From a virus (Duplodnaviria; Heunggongvirae; Uroviricota; Caudoviricetes), in the IMG/VR virus record IMGVR_UViG_2634166457_000006, positions 1-20,300 of that record: a stretch of DNA of 20,300 bases. One strand, written 5' to 3'. The position numbers were made by a program, and so were the translations under genes. Positions 1 to 7,386 of this stretch are shown piece after piece; the first letter of the stretch is position 1; the number at the start of each line of letters is the position of its first letter. A model generated the notes under the pieces. That model was not told where the DNA came from and ran no database searches. It saw only the letters and a list, made by a program, of their open reading frames with translations.

Positions 1-20
1 CCTGGGTCTGCCGACCAGGA

Positions 21-512
21 ATGACACAGGAGCAGGCGACGATATTAATCACGGAAGCATTCTGGGCTCTGAAAGAACGCCCGAACATCGATGTTCAACG
101 CGTCACGTTTAATGATGGCGCGGTTGATCAACGGGCGCTGGGCGTTAACCGGGTGAAGATATTCGAACGCTGGAAAGCTATCGACACCAGGGATAAGCGT
201 GAAAAATTCACGGCGCTGATTCCGGCAATTATGGAGGCTATCCGGATCAGTGATTTCAGGTTGTATTGTGAAATTACTGACGGAAAAAGCATTACATACA
301 TAATCGCCGGATTAAACAAAGAATATGGCGATGTGGTGGAGTCCGGGCTGCTTTTTGCGGATCCAGCTGTTGTGGAACGTGAGACTGACGAGCTTATAGA
401 AAAAGCTATTGCTTTCAAGCACGCGTATCGCCAGCAATACCAATATTACTTTGCAGATAAACAAATGTCTGCCAGGGGTTCGTATGAGTATCGATGCACT
501 ACGATGGGCTAA
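21..512 (+). CDS. YdaT-like protein at the cII position, upstream of the replication genes
   Basis: 163-aa ORF; the KREKFTALIPAIMEAI segment resembles the Rac prophage YdaT family from memory. Frame is open to the window edge, so the true start may be upstream. Stop overlaps the next gene start. Confidence 0.4.
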   Translation: MTQEQATILITEAFWALKERPNIDVQRVTFNDGAVDQRALGVNRVKIFERWKAIDTRDKREKFTALIPAIMEAIRISDFRLYCEITDGKSITYIIAGLNKEYGDVVESGLLFADPAVVERETDELIEKAIAFKHAYRQQYQYYFADKQMSARGSYEYRCTTMG

Positions 513-1524
513 AAAGGTGAAAACCGGCAGTTCATCCAGTAAATCAGTATTGACCTGGCTTGCTGATATGTGCGGTGCCGATTTGTGTGCATACCCGTCT
601 GTATCTGCACTGGCAGAAGTAACGGAACTGAACAAAAAGACTGTGCAGGACAGCTTACGACACCTGATGGAGATTGGGTTAATTGTTGATACCGGTGAGA
701 GAAAAGGCAGAACAAAGCAAATTGTGGTGTACCGACTTATCGGTGTAGAAGAAAGTGTTGCCGAGCCTGAATACACCCAAAAACGGGAGTCTTTAAAGGT
801 GGGTAAAATTGGTGCTGTTAATAAAAACAGTACCGAAAATGGTTATGTTTCAGCACAAAACAGACCCAAAAACAGAACTCTTAGCTGCATGGAAAATAAC
901 CAAAGACACCCAAATTTTCCATCAAAGACACCCAAAAACGGATCACGGAACCCAAAGGAACCCAAAGATCTAAACCCCACACATAACGCACGCGAGAGTG
1001 CTCCGACCAGTGAGCAGGAAGTTTTGTCGTTACAGGCAGCCCCCCCTGTATTCCTGTATGGCCTGAGCGAACCCATCGGAAAATTCCCGATGAGCGATAG
1101 CTGGTATCCGTCACGGGATTTTCGACGACGGGCTGCGTTGTGGGGGATGGCTTTGCCGGAGACAGAATTTACACCTGCTGAATTTGCCGCCTTCCGGGGC
1201 TACTGGGCAGCGGAGGGGAAAGTGTTTACGCAGATTCAGTGGGAGCAGAAATTCGCCCGTCACGTAAATCACGTCAGGGCGCAGGTTAAACCAGTCAGCA
1301 AAGGGGTAAACCATGCAGCAGCACCAGGTGGCACCGCATCACGGGCAGTTCAGGAAATTCGGGCAGCACGTGAGCAGTGGGAACGTGAAAACGGATTTAT
1401 CAGCGACGGAAACGGCCTGGAAGCTGTGGGAACTCATGGGGGTGGTTTATTCGAACCGCTGGACCCAGAAGAACGGGGCCGCACCTTCGAAGCTCTGGAT
1501 TGCACAGATTGGCGCGATGACTGA
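484..1524 (+). CDS. Replication initiation protein, O-like (N-terminal HTH, C-terminal DnaT-like domain)
   Basis: ATG 484 preceded by AGGGG SD. N-terminus MSIDALRWAKKV... is typical of phage replication-protein HTH; iteron repeats sit inside the coding sequence as in lambda O; C-terminal region is DnaT-like (inferred). Confidence 0.7.
   Translation: MSIDALRWAKKVKTGSSSSKSVLTWLADMCGADLCAYPSVSALAEVTELNKKTVQDSLRHLMEIGLIVDTGERKGRTKQIVVYRLIGVEESVAEPEYTQKRESLKVGKIGAVNKNSTENGYVSAQNRPKNRTLSCMENNQRHPNFPSKTPKNGSRNPKEPKDLNPTHNARESAPTSEQEVLSLQAAPPVFLYGLSEPIGKFPMSDSWYPSRDFRRRAALWGMALPETEFTPAEFAAFRGYWAAEGKVFTQIQWEQKFARHVNHVRAQVKPVSKGVNHAAAPGGTASRAVQEIRAAREQWERENGFISDGNGLEAVGTHGGGLFEPLDPEERGRTFEALDCTDWRDD
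773..968. repeat. Iteron array (about six copies of ACACCCAAAAAC-like repeats with core ACCCAAA); candidate phage origin inside the O-like gene
   Basis: Direct repeats at about 773-784, 863-874, 906-917, 928-939, 948-958 and 958-968. In lambda the origin iterons lie within gene O. Confidence 0.55.
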
Positions 1525-1978
1525 GCAGCAAATCCGGCAGGTCTGCCGCCAGTGCATGGATCGCTGCCGGGCGGGTGAAACATGGCCTCCTGACCTGGCT
1601 GAGTTTGTGGCGCTGATTTCGGAAAGCGGAGCCAATCCATTCGGTCTGACGGTGGATGCTGTGATGGAGGAGTACCGCCGCTGGCGCAACGAGTCCTGGC
1701 GATACGACGGGAGCGATAAATACCCGTGGTCTCAGCCTGTGCTGTATCACATTTGCCTCGAGATGCGTTCAAAGGGGATTGAGCGCCAGATGACCGAAGG
1801 AGAGTTAAAACGGCTTGCAGAACGGCAGCTGACGAAATGGGCAAAGCATGTTGGTAATGGCCTCAGTGTTCCGCCTGTCCGGCGGCAACTGGCAGCACCC
1901 AAACGTCCTGCGGGACCAACGCCAATTGAGTTGCTGAAACAGGAATATGAACGCCGGAAAGCGGCTGGTTTTGTCTGA
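1313..1978 (+). CDS. Replication protein P-like (helicase loader)
   Basis: C-terminal two-thirds resembles lambda P (DKYPWSQ...LYHICLEMR versus lambda ESYPWKSNAHYWLVTNLYQNMR). ATG 1313 has a good SD (AAAGGGG, 8 nt spacer) but gives a 212-nt out-of-frame overlap with the O-like gene; alternative starts are 1436 or 1517. Confidence 0.6.
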   Translation: MQQHQVAPHHGQFRKFGQHVSSGNVKTDLSATETAWKLWELMGVVYSNRWTQKNGAAPSKLWIAQIGAMTEQQIRQVCRQCMDRCRAGETWPPDLAEFVALISESGANPFGLTVDAVMEEYRRWRNESWRYDGSDKYPWSQPVLYHICLEMRSKGIERQMTEGELKRLAERQLTKWAKHVGNGLSVPPVRRQLAAPKRPAGPTPIELLKQEYERRKAAGFV

Positions 1979-2011
1979 GTTGAGAAGTAATTTTTACCGG
2001 GAGAAAATTTA

Positions 2012-2773
2012 ATGGAGACTGTTTTTGACGCACTGAAAGCAATGGGAAAAGCCACATCCATAGAACTTGCTGCGCGACTTGATATCAGTCGTGAAGAAGT
2101 GCTGAACGAACTATGGGAACTGAAAAAAGCTGGTTTTGTTGATAAAAGCGCGTACACCTGGCGTGTGGCTGATAACAACGTTCAGCAGGAACAGCCAATG
2201 CAGGCAGAACTGCCGGAAGAAACCACCACGGCAACAGTAGCGAAAATCTCAGAGTGCGATTTAACCGCGACGATTGAACAACGCGGACCACAAACGGCGG
2301 ATGAACTGGCTACGCTGTTCGGTACAACATCCCGCAAAGTTGCTTCAACGCTGGCAATGGCAATCAGCAAAGGACGCCTGATTCGCGTAAACCAGAACGG
2401 TAAATTTCGTTACTGCATACCGGGCGATAATTTACCAGCAGGGCCGAAAGCTGCATCGGTAACGGAAGCTAATGGTAAAGCCTTTCCTCAGCCAGCAGGT
2501 GTTGCGTTACCAGTACAGGAAGCTGCAACACAGGAAGATATTAAAACAGAAACTGTGGCTGATATAGTGCAATCGTTGCCATCGTTTACTGAAACGCGAG
2601 CGGATGACCTGGTTTTACCATCGCTGCATATGGCAAACCGCGAACTGCGTCGGGCGAAAAGTCATGTCCAGAAGTGGGAGCGTGTCTGCGCCGCGCTGCG
2701 GGAGCTGAACAAGCACCGGGATATTGTTCGACAGATTTTCGATTCCTCCAGTCGTATTGTGTCGGAAAAGTGA
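2012..2773 (+). CDS. Hypothetical phage protein, 253 aa, N-terminal winged-helix-like segment
   Basis: ATG 2012 with GGGAGAAAA SD; no function assigned beyond an N-terminal helix-turn-helix-like pattern. Confidence 0.5.
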   Translation: METVFDALKAMGKATSIELAARLDISREEVLNELWELKKAGFVDKSAYTWRVADNNVQQEQPMQAELPEETTTATVAKISECDLTATIEQRGPQTADELATLFGTTSRKVASTLAMAISKGRLIRVNQNGKFRYCIPGDNLPAGPKAASVTEANGKAFPQPAGVALPVQEAATQEDIKTETVADIVQSLPSFTETRADDLVLPSLHMANRELRRAKSHVQKWERVCAALRELNKHRDIVRQIFDSSSRIVSEK

Positions 2774-2787
2774 TTGCCGGAGGCGCT

Positions 2788-3210
2788 ATGGCAAAAGTAT
2801 TTACACCAGAAGAGCGGGAAAAAATTAAAGGGCAGGTTGTTGAACTTGTACGTCTGAGCGGTCGCGAGACGTTACGGCAACTGGAAGCTAAAACAGGTGC
2901 GACAAGATATCTGATGAGTGTTCTCGCCAGAGAGCTGGTTGCCAGTGGCGATGTATACAACTCCGGCTACGGGTTATTCCCGTCTGAACAGGCGCGTAAG
3001 GACTGGCAAAACGCCCGCAAAAAACTCTCGAGGGCAAATCTGAAGAAACCATCTGTGGTTGATCCGGACCTTATCTGGTCATTACCAGACGGAGAAATAC
3101 GCCGCTACGACAGGCGTCAGAACATAATCTGTAGCGAGTGCCGGAAGAGCGAAGTTATGCAGCGCGTGCTGGCGTTTTATCAGGGGAATTTTCAGGAGGT
3201 GGTGCTGTGA
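2788..3210 (+). CDS. Hypothetical phage protein, 140 aa
   Basis: ATG 2788 with GGAGG SD 6 nt upstream; the ORF-track start 2674 overlaps the previous gene and lacks an SD. Confidence 0.5.
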   Translation: MAKVFTPEEREKIKGQVVELVRLSGRETLRQLEAKTGATRYLMSVLARELVASGDVYNSGYGLFPSEQARKDWQNARKKLSRANLKKPSVVDPDLIWSLPDGEIRRYDRRQNIICSECRKSEVMQRVLAFYQGNFQEVVL

Positions 3211-3267
3211 GTGAAATTAGCTATCAGGCTTCAATTACCGCTGGTATTCGCATCAAAGGAGAGGAGC

Positions 3268-3624
3268 ATGGAAATAAAACCAGAAGATGAGTTAAGTAAT
3301 ATTGTTTTATTTCCGGTAAAAGAGGATGACCCACGTAATCAGGTTAATTTTCTTTATGAGCCATCGGAAAGACCATATTGTCATCACGCCTCTGTCCGGG
3401 TTGACGAAAAAGAGCGTCAGGTCCGCTGTAAAATCTGCGGTGCAGTTGTGGAGCCGTTTGACTGGATGCTCTCAGTGGCGAAAAGAGAAACCAGACTGGC
3501 AGATGATGTAAGGTTGTTGCGCCAGGAGGAACAGGAAAGGCGGAAAAATATAGAAAAGTTAATTCAGATTGAGCGTAACGCGAAAGCGCGGATACGCAGG
3601 GCGACAAAACTTAGCCCCGAATAA
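3268..3624 (+). CDS. Hypothetical zinc-ribbon protein, 118 aa
   Basis: ATG 3268 with AAGGAGAGGAG SD; C..HH...CKICG motif. Alternative GTG start at 3211 with an AGGAGG SD about 11 nt upstream. Confidence 0.5.
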   Translation: MEIKPEDELSNIVLFPVKEDDPRNQVNFLYEPSERPYCHHASVRVDEKERQVRCKICGAVVEPFDWMLSVAKRETRLADDVRLLRQEEQERRKNIEKLIQIERNAKARIRRATKLSPE

Positions 3625-3714
3625 TCAACATTATTATCGGAAATAAAATCCTTAATCGGAGGGGTTTCTGCACCCTCAGAACATAAGGAGGCCGCCCGGC
3701 AGGACGGTAGTGAA

Positions 3715-3888
3715 ATGCGAAAATTTAAAATAATTATCGAGACGGGAATAGCTGGTGGCGATTTTGAGGACGTATTTGAAGTGGATGATGATGCGACACC
3801 AGATGAAATACAGGATGAAGCTAAAGATATTTTCTTTAACTACTGCAATTACTCATACCACGAAATAAAAGGCGAAGAGGAAGAATAA
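3715..3888 (+). CDS. Small highly acidic protein, 57 aa
   Basis: ATG 3715 to TAA 3886-3888; 18 of 57 residues are D/E with a poly-E C-terminus. Below the ORF-track cutoff, found by hand translation; SD is weak. Confidence 0.4.
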   Translation: MRKFKIIIETGIAGGDFEDVFEVDDDATPDEIQDEAKDIFFNYCNYSYHEIKGEEEE

Positions 3889-3889
3889 A

Positions 3890-4066
3890 ATGGCTGATTT
3901 TGGTTCAACTAAATATAACGTCAGTTTTGAAGAATGGCATGAATTGTTAATGGATTATGCAGAGTTACGCGGTGGAAGTGCTGCTGATGCTGAAGCATGG
4001 CGTGATGATTATGAAGCAGGAAAAACTCCGGTCGAAGCATATTGTGATGAGTGGGGCGATGAATGA
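3890..4066 (+). CDS. Small highly acidic protein, 58 aa
   Basis: ATG 3890 two nt after the previous stop; 16 of 58 residues are D/E; stop overlaps the next start (ATGA at 4063). Confidence 0.45.
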   Translation: MADFGSTKYNVSFEEWHELLMDYAELRGGSAADAEAWRDDYEAGKTPVEAYCDEWGDE

Positions 4067-4422
4067 GCAGGATGAATTATCAGGAAGTGCATGCAATTGC
4101 AGATCATGCAAAGCCAGTGGCATGGCGGTATCGCTACGTGAAAAAAGGCGTTACGGACTCTCAGGGTAAATCGTGGTTTGGTGACTGGAAATATGTACCG
4201 ACAAAAGAGGATTGCAACGACAGACCGAACTATGAAATTCAGGCGTTATTCACTGCCCCGCCTGTGCCACTGACACCAGAAGGATTGATTAAAGCAGTGC
4301 GCTTCTATGAACAGGTTAAGCGTGAAAATCCGCCAGTCGAAACCGGAGCATGGAAAGACGCTGTTGACTGGGTGCTCAAAGAGGCCTGCCAGGTTGTAAA
4401 CGCTGGCATCAAAGGAGACTGA
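4063..4422 (+). CDS. Hypothetical phage protein, 119 aa
   Basis: ORF in the packed operon with start overlapping the upstream stop. Confidence 0.55.
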   Translation: MSRMNYQEVHAIADHAKPVAWRYRYVKKGVTDSQGKSWFGDWKYVPTKEDCNDRPNYEIQALFTAPPVPLTPEGLIKAVRFYEQVKRENPPVETGAWKDAVDWVLKEACQVVNAGIKGD

Positions 4423-4423
4423 T

Positions 4424-4633
4424 ATGGCTATCGCTGCAAGTTACACCATGCATCTCTATTGTGACTGCCGCAAGTGTACGGAAGGTGTATATCCAGTGCC
4501 AGACTTCGGAGAGTATATCGGTACGTCATGGGCTGGTTGTGCAAAAGAGGCGCGTAAGGATGGCTGGCGAATAAGCAAAGACAAAACACGTGCTTTTGCG
4601 CCCGGGCATAAAGTTTTGAGGATTAACAAATGA
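4424..4633 (+). CDS. Hypothetical Cys-rich small protein, 69 aa
   Basis: ATG 4424 with AAAGGAGA SD; C-x-C-x2-C near the N-terminus plus a distal Cys suggests metal binding (inferred). Confidence 0.5.
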   Translation: MAIAASYTMHLYCDCRKCTEGVYPVPDFGEYIGTSWAGCAKEARKDGWRISKDKTRAFAPGHKVLRINK

Positions 4634-5211
4634 CCACTATTACCAGAGAAAACGCGGAAATTAAATCATTCATCACTGGTTTCCTGAGCGACCCGGCGCA
4701 CGATAACCAATCTTCAGACAGCCTGCTTGCCAATGTGTTTCGTATCGCACTGGCATCGCTGGAAGCAGAAGCGCCAAGTCTGCCTGGTGGATTTACAATT
4801 AAGGAAACACAAGAACTTTACGAAGATTTGGTTCGAAGCCACATAAGCCAGGCTTTAAGTGGTGAAAAGATGAAAAAGAAAGATCGCGAGGCTGATTTGC
4901 GCTGGATTCATGACGTAATAGTTCAGGCCGCGTGGTTTGTAAAAGCATCACTGGAGAAGAATGCACTATCGGGCACCCCTCCGGTAACTCCGGATGGCTG
5001 GATAAGCTGTAGTGAGCGAATGCCTGAAAAGGGTCAGAACGTGCTTATTTCGATGAATATCGATAGCGAGGCTGGGCCATTAATATATTCCGCACGCTAT
5101 CTCGGAGGCACGTTCCGGCGCGGAGGTATAGCAGTTAGTCCGGGTAATGATCTTGGGCAAGCAACCCACTGGATGCCGCTACCAGAACCGCCGCAGGAGG
5201 CGAATCAATGA
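4630..5211 (+). CDS. DUF551-like phage protein, 193 aa
   Basis: C-terminus ...ATHWMPLPEPP is the characteristic DUF551 end motif of enterobacterial prophage proteins; ATGA overlap with the upstream gene; GAGGA SD. Confidence 0.65.
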   Translation: MTTITRENAEIKSFITGFLSDPAHDNQSSDSLLANVFRIALASLEAEAPSLPGGFTIKETQELYEDLVRSHISQALSGEKMKKKDREADLRWIHDVIVQAAWFVKASLEKNALSGTPPVTPDGWISCSERMPEKGQNVLISMNIDSEAGPLIYSARYLGGTFRRGGIAVSPGNDLGQATHWMPLPEPPQEANQ

Positions 5212-5291
5212 CCTGGCCTGAAGCATTCACAACGGTAGGAATCGCACTGGCGGTGGCGCTGGTGGTGTATTCGATTTGCCGCTGGGGATAA
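5208..5291 (+). CDS. Putative 27-aa hydrophobic micro-protein
   Basis: ATG 5208 overlaps the upstream stop and is preceded by GCAGGAGG at 7-9 nt; product MTWPEAFTTVGIALAVALVVYSICRWG is one predicted transmembrane helix. Not in the ORF track (below cutoff). Confidence 0.3.
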   Translation: MTWPEAFTTVGIALAVALVVYSICRWG

Positions 5292-5297
5292 AAACGG

Positions 5298-5326
5298 TTT
5301 GCGGGAAAAGGAGAGTTAAGTAGAAT
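5298..5326 (+). promoter_or_regulatory. Candidate sigma70 promoter for the hok-type mRNA (-35 TTTGCG, 17-bp spacer, -10 TAGAAT)
   Basis: -10 TAGAAT at 5321-5326; the predicted transcript start falls at the GCGGGTGC element that is complementary to the mRNA 3' end. Confidence 0.4.
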
Positions 5327-5502
5327 TGCAGCGGGTGCTTGAGGCTATCTGTCTCAGGCATGAACACCAAAAGGCAGATAGAGAAAAGCCCCAGTTAACA
5401 TTACGCGTCCTGCAAGACGCTTAACATTAATCTGAGGCTCAATCTATGAACGGCAAATCTAGGTTAGCCTCTTACGTGCCGAAAGGCAAGGAGAAGCAGG
5501 CT

Positions 5503-5658
5503 ATGAAGCAGCAAAAGGCGATGTTAGTCGCCCTGATCGTCATCTGTATTACCGTCATTGTGACGGCACTGGTAACGAGGAAAGACCTCTGCGAGGTACG
5601 AATCCGAACCGGCCAGACGGAGGTCGCTGTCTTCGCAGCTTACGAACCTGAGAAGTAA
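5503..5658 (+). CDS. hok: Hok/Gef-family type I toxin, 51 aa
   Basis: MKQQKAMLVALIVICITVIVTALVTRKDLCEVRIRTGQTEVAVFAAYEPEK closely matches Hok/Gef as recalled (TRKxLCE..R.G..EVA.F.AYE). AAGGAG SD 9 nt upstream. An in-frame upstream ATG at 5446 with GAGG SD gives a mok-like 70-codon frame. Confidence 0.8.
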   Translation: MKQQKAMLVALIVICITVIVTALVTRKDLCEVRIRTGQTEVAVFAAYEPEK

Positions 5659-5716
5659 GAGACCTGGCGGGGGAGAAATCCCTCGCCACCTCTGATGAGT
5701 CAGGCATCCTCAATGC

Positions 5717-5749
5717 ACCCGCACTTAACCTGCTTCGGCGGTTTTTTTC
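5717..5749 (+). terminator. Putative 3' end and terminator of the hok-type mRNA
   Basis: Short GC stem followed by a T7 run at 5742-5748, just downstream of the 3' complementary element. Confidence 0.35.
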
Positions 5750-5867
5750 ACGTACTGTGGTTGTGAATACGATTGGTATTAGGATATGCTAACAACATTA
5801 GCTTGACTAATTTTGTATTGACTTGATTTTTGTTAAAGAACAGGACGGAGAAGTAAGGGGGCACCCA

Positions 5868-6047
5868 ATGAGCTACGCACTAAAAAAACACCCGCGATTG
5901 ACTATTCCCCCTCGCGATAAAAGCGTTGTGGCAGCTCCGCGCCCGGCTATCGATGAAAATTGCACTCATCGTGAGCAGGTGAAAAATGCTTTCGATTTCG
6001 GTTTTTCTCGTTACGAGAAGGCAATGGAAGAACTTTCAAAAGTGTAA
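5868..6047 (+). CDS. Putative antitoxin partner of the Doc-family toxin, 59 aa, not Phd-like
   Basis: ATG 5868 with TAAGGGGG SD; small ORF immediately upstream of, and nearly abutting, the Doc-family gene. Confidence 0.5.
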   Translation: MSYALKKHPRLTIPPRDKSVVAAPRPAIDENCTHREQVKNAFDFGFSRYEKAMEELSKV

Positions 6048-6065
6048 TGATGGGTATTGTGCTCT

Positions 6066-6551
6066 ATGGCTGAGATTGTTGAAGGAGTGCATTACCTTAC
6101 GGTTGATGATCTTGTTGAAATCAATCGTTCCCTAATTGAATTACAGACGCCAGATGAGCCCGTTGGTGTTCTGAGTCCAGATAACTTAAGTTCTTCTCAG
6201 GCCCGTCCCAGCATGGTTCGATGGTATGAACAGACTAATGACATGTTTGTACTGGCATCGGTATTGATTGAAAGTCTGATTCAGAATCATCCGTTTGCTA
6301 ATGCGAACAAACGAACAGCTATGATGGCTGGTTACGTCTTCTTGTTGTTGAATGGCTATGAGTTAACAGCACCAGGCGATGAAATCGTGGAAATGGCAGA
6401 GGGACTGGCCTGCAAAACCTATACTCGAGAAGATCTCGAGAACTGGTTGTGTTATTGGTCTCGCGCGTATGACAGCCGGGAATTATGTAAAACAGGCGCA
6501 ACTATTGTTTTGTATGAAACTATCAAGCTTAAAATAGAACAGCAAAACTAA
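6066..6551 (+). CDS. Doc (death-on-curing) family toxin, Fic/Doc fold
   Basis: HPFANANKRTA motif matches the Doc signature (P1 Doc HIFNDANKRTA) with similar flanking regions. ATG 6066 chosen; the ORF-track start 6057 is TTG. Confidence 0.75.
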   Translation: MAEIVEGVHYLTVDDLVEINRSLIELQTPDEPVGVLSPDNLSSSQARPSMVRWYEQTNDMFVLASVLIESLIQNHPFANANKRTAMMAGYVFLLLNGYELTAPGDEIVEMAEGLACKTYTREDLENWLCYWSRAYDSRELCKTGATIVLYETIKLKIEQQN

Positions 6552-6565
6552 AGGCGCTTCCAATG

Positions 6566-6595
6566 AAAACCCGCTTCGGCGGGTTTTTTGTTGTT
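6566..6595 (+). terminator. Rho-independent terminator
   Basis: AAAACCCGC-ttcg-GCGGGTTTT hairpin followed by a T-run. Confidence 0.7.
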
Positions 6596-6671
6596 TATTT
6601 TCGGTGAGTATGATGCATCTGGTTGTACTGATGTGGTTGGCTGATTCTGTTATTCAGGTGGCTTATTGCTG

Positions 6672-6699
6672 TTGATTGGTATGTCTTCACGGCTAGAAT
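6672..6699 (+). promoter_or_regulatory. Candidate sigma70 promoter (-35 TTGATT, 16-bp spacer, -10 TAGAAT)
   Basis: Hexamers at 6672-6677 and 6694-6699, positioned after the terminator and upstream of the gene at 6780. Confidence 0.4.
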
Positions 6700-6779
6700 C
6701 GAGGCTCTTAAGTAGCGCGCAGGGAGAAGAGGGATGGACCCCGAAGGGGAAGAGCTATTTATCTGGAAGGATTCTGAAG

Positions 6780-7040
6780 ATGAAAATCGAAGAATTGCGT
6801 GAAATTTTTAGTGGAAATGGCCTCTATGCTGTGCACGTTGAGAATGGCGCTATTGTCAGCCACTGCCGTATTAAATGTTTACAGTCTCAACAAAGGAAGA
6901 GTGGGGCTGCGTTAATTTACTTTGTGGATGGACTAGTGACGGATGGTTTTATTTTGCGTAAAAATGAATTTGTCACATCGTTGCCGTCTCTGAAAGAAGC
7001 TGGGATTAAGGCTGGTTTTTCTGCTTTTGAAGATGAGTGA
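6780..7040 (+). CDS. Hypothetical protein, 86 aa
   Basis: ATG 6780 with GGAAGG SD; the ORF-track start 6666 lies upstream of the predicted promoter. Confidence 0.45.
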   Translation: MKIEELREIFSGNGLYAVHVENGAIVSHCRIKCLQSQQRKSGAALIYFVDGLVTDGFILRKNEFVTSLPSLKEAGIKAGFSAFEDE

Positions 7041-7106
7041 ATTCATCTACAATTCAGCGCAGGGCTGAACCCCTGTTGAGTAACACTGTGCCACCGGAGA
7101 AAGCCG

Positions 7107-7385
7107 ATGGCGCAAAATTCCAGACTACACAATTCTGATAATTCAGCCGTCTTTGCCAGCAGGCACGGGCGGCGTACTCACGCATTCAAATATGACTGGT
7201 ATCAGCACGATCCCTGCACTGAAGAACAGGCCGAATGGCTGATTCATAACTACCGCAGACGTGGGTATGAGTTTAGGAAAGCCCTCAGTCTGGATTATCG
7301 TCACTGGATAATCTCCGTCAGGCTTCCTTACTCCGAACGCCCACCGCGTCCGTCCCGCACATTCCAGCAACGGATCTGGAGGTAA
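7107..7385 (+). CDS. Hypothetical protein, 92 aa, basic
   Basis: ATG 7107 with GGAGAAAG SD; function unknown. Confidence 0.5.
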   Translation: MAQNSRLHNSDNSAVFASRHGRRTHAFKYDWYQHDPCTEEQAEWLIHNYRRRGYEFRKALSLDYRHWIISVRLPYSERPPRPSRTFQQRIWR

Positions 7386-7386
7386 C

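Noticed and set aside
1400-1844. Three minus-strand ORFs (80-136 aa) antisense to the P-like gene
   Set aside because: Arg/Ser/Pro-rich low-complexity products, no ribosome-binding sites, fully contained in a well-supported + strand gene; typical antisense artefacts.
3957-4169. 70-aa + strand ORF overlapping the acidic-protein gene and the gene at 4063
   Set aside because: Alternative frame of two better-supported genes, no SD, Cys/Arg-rich product typical of off-frame translation.
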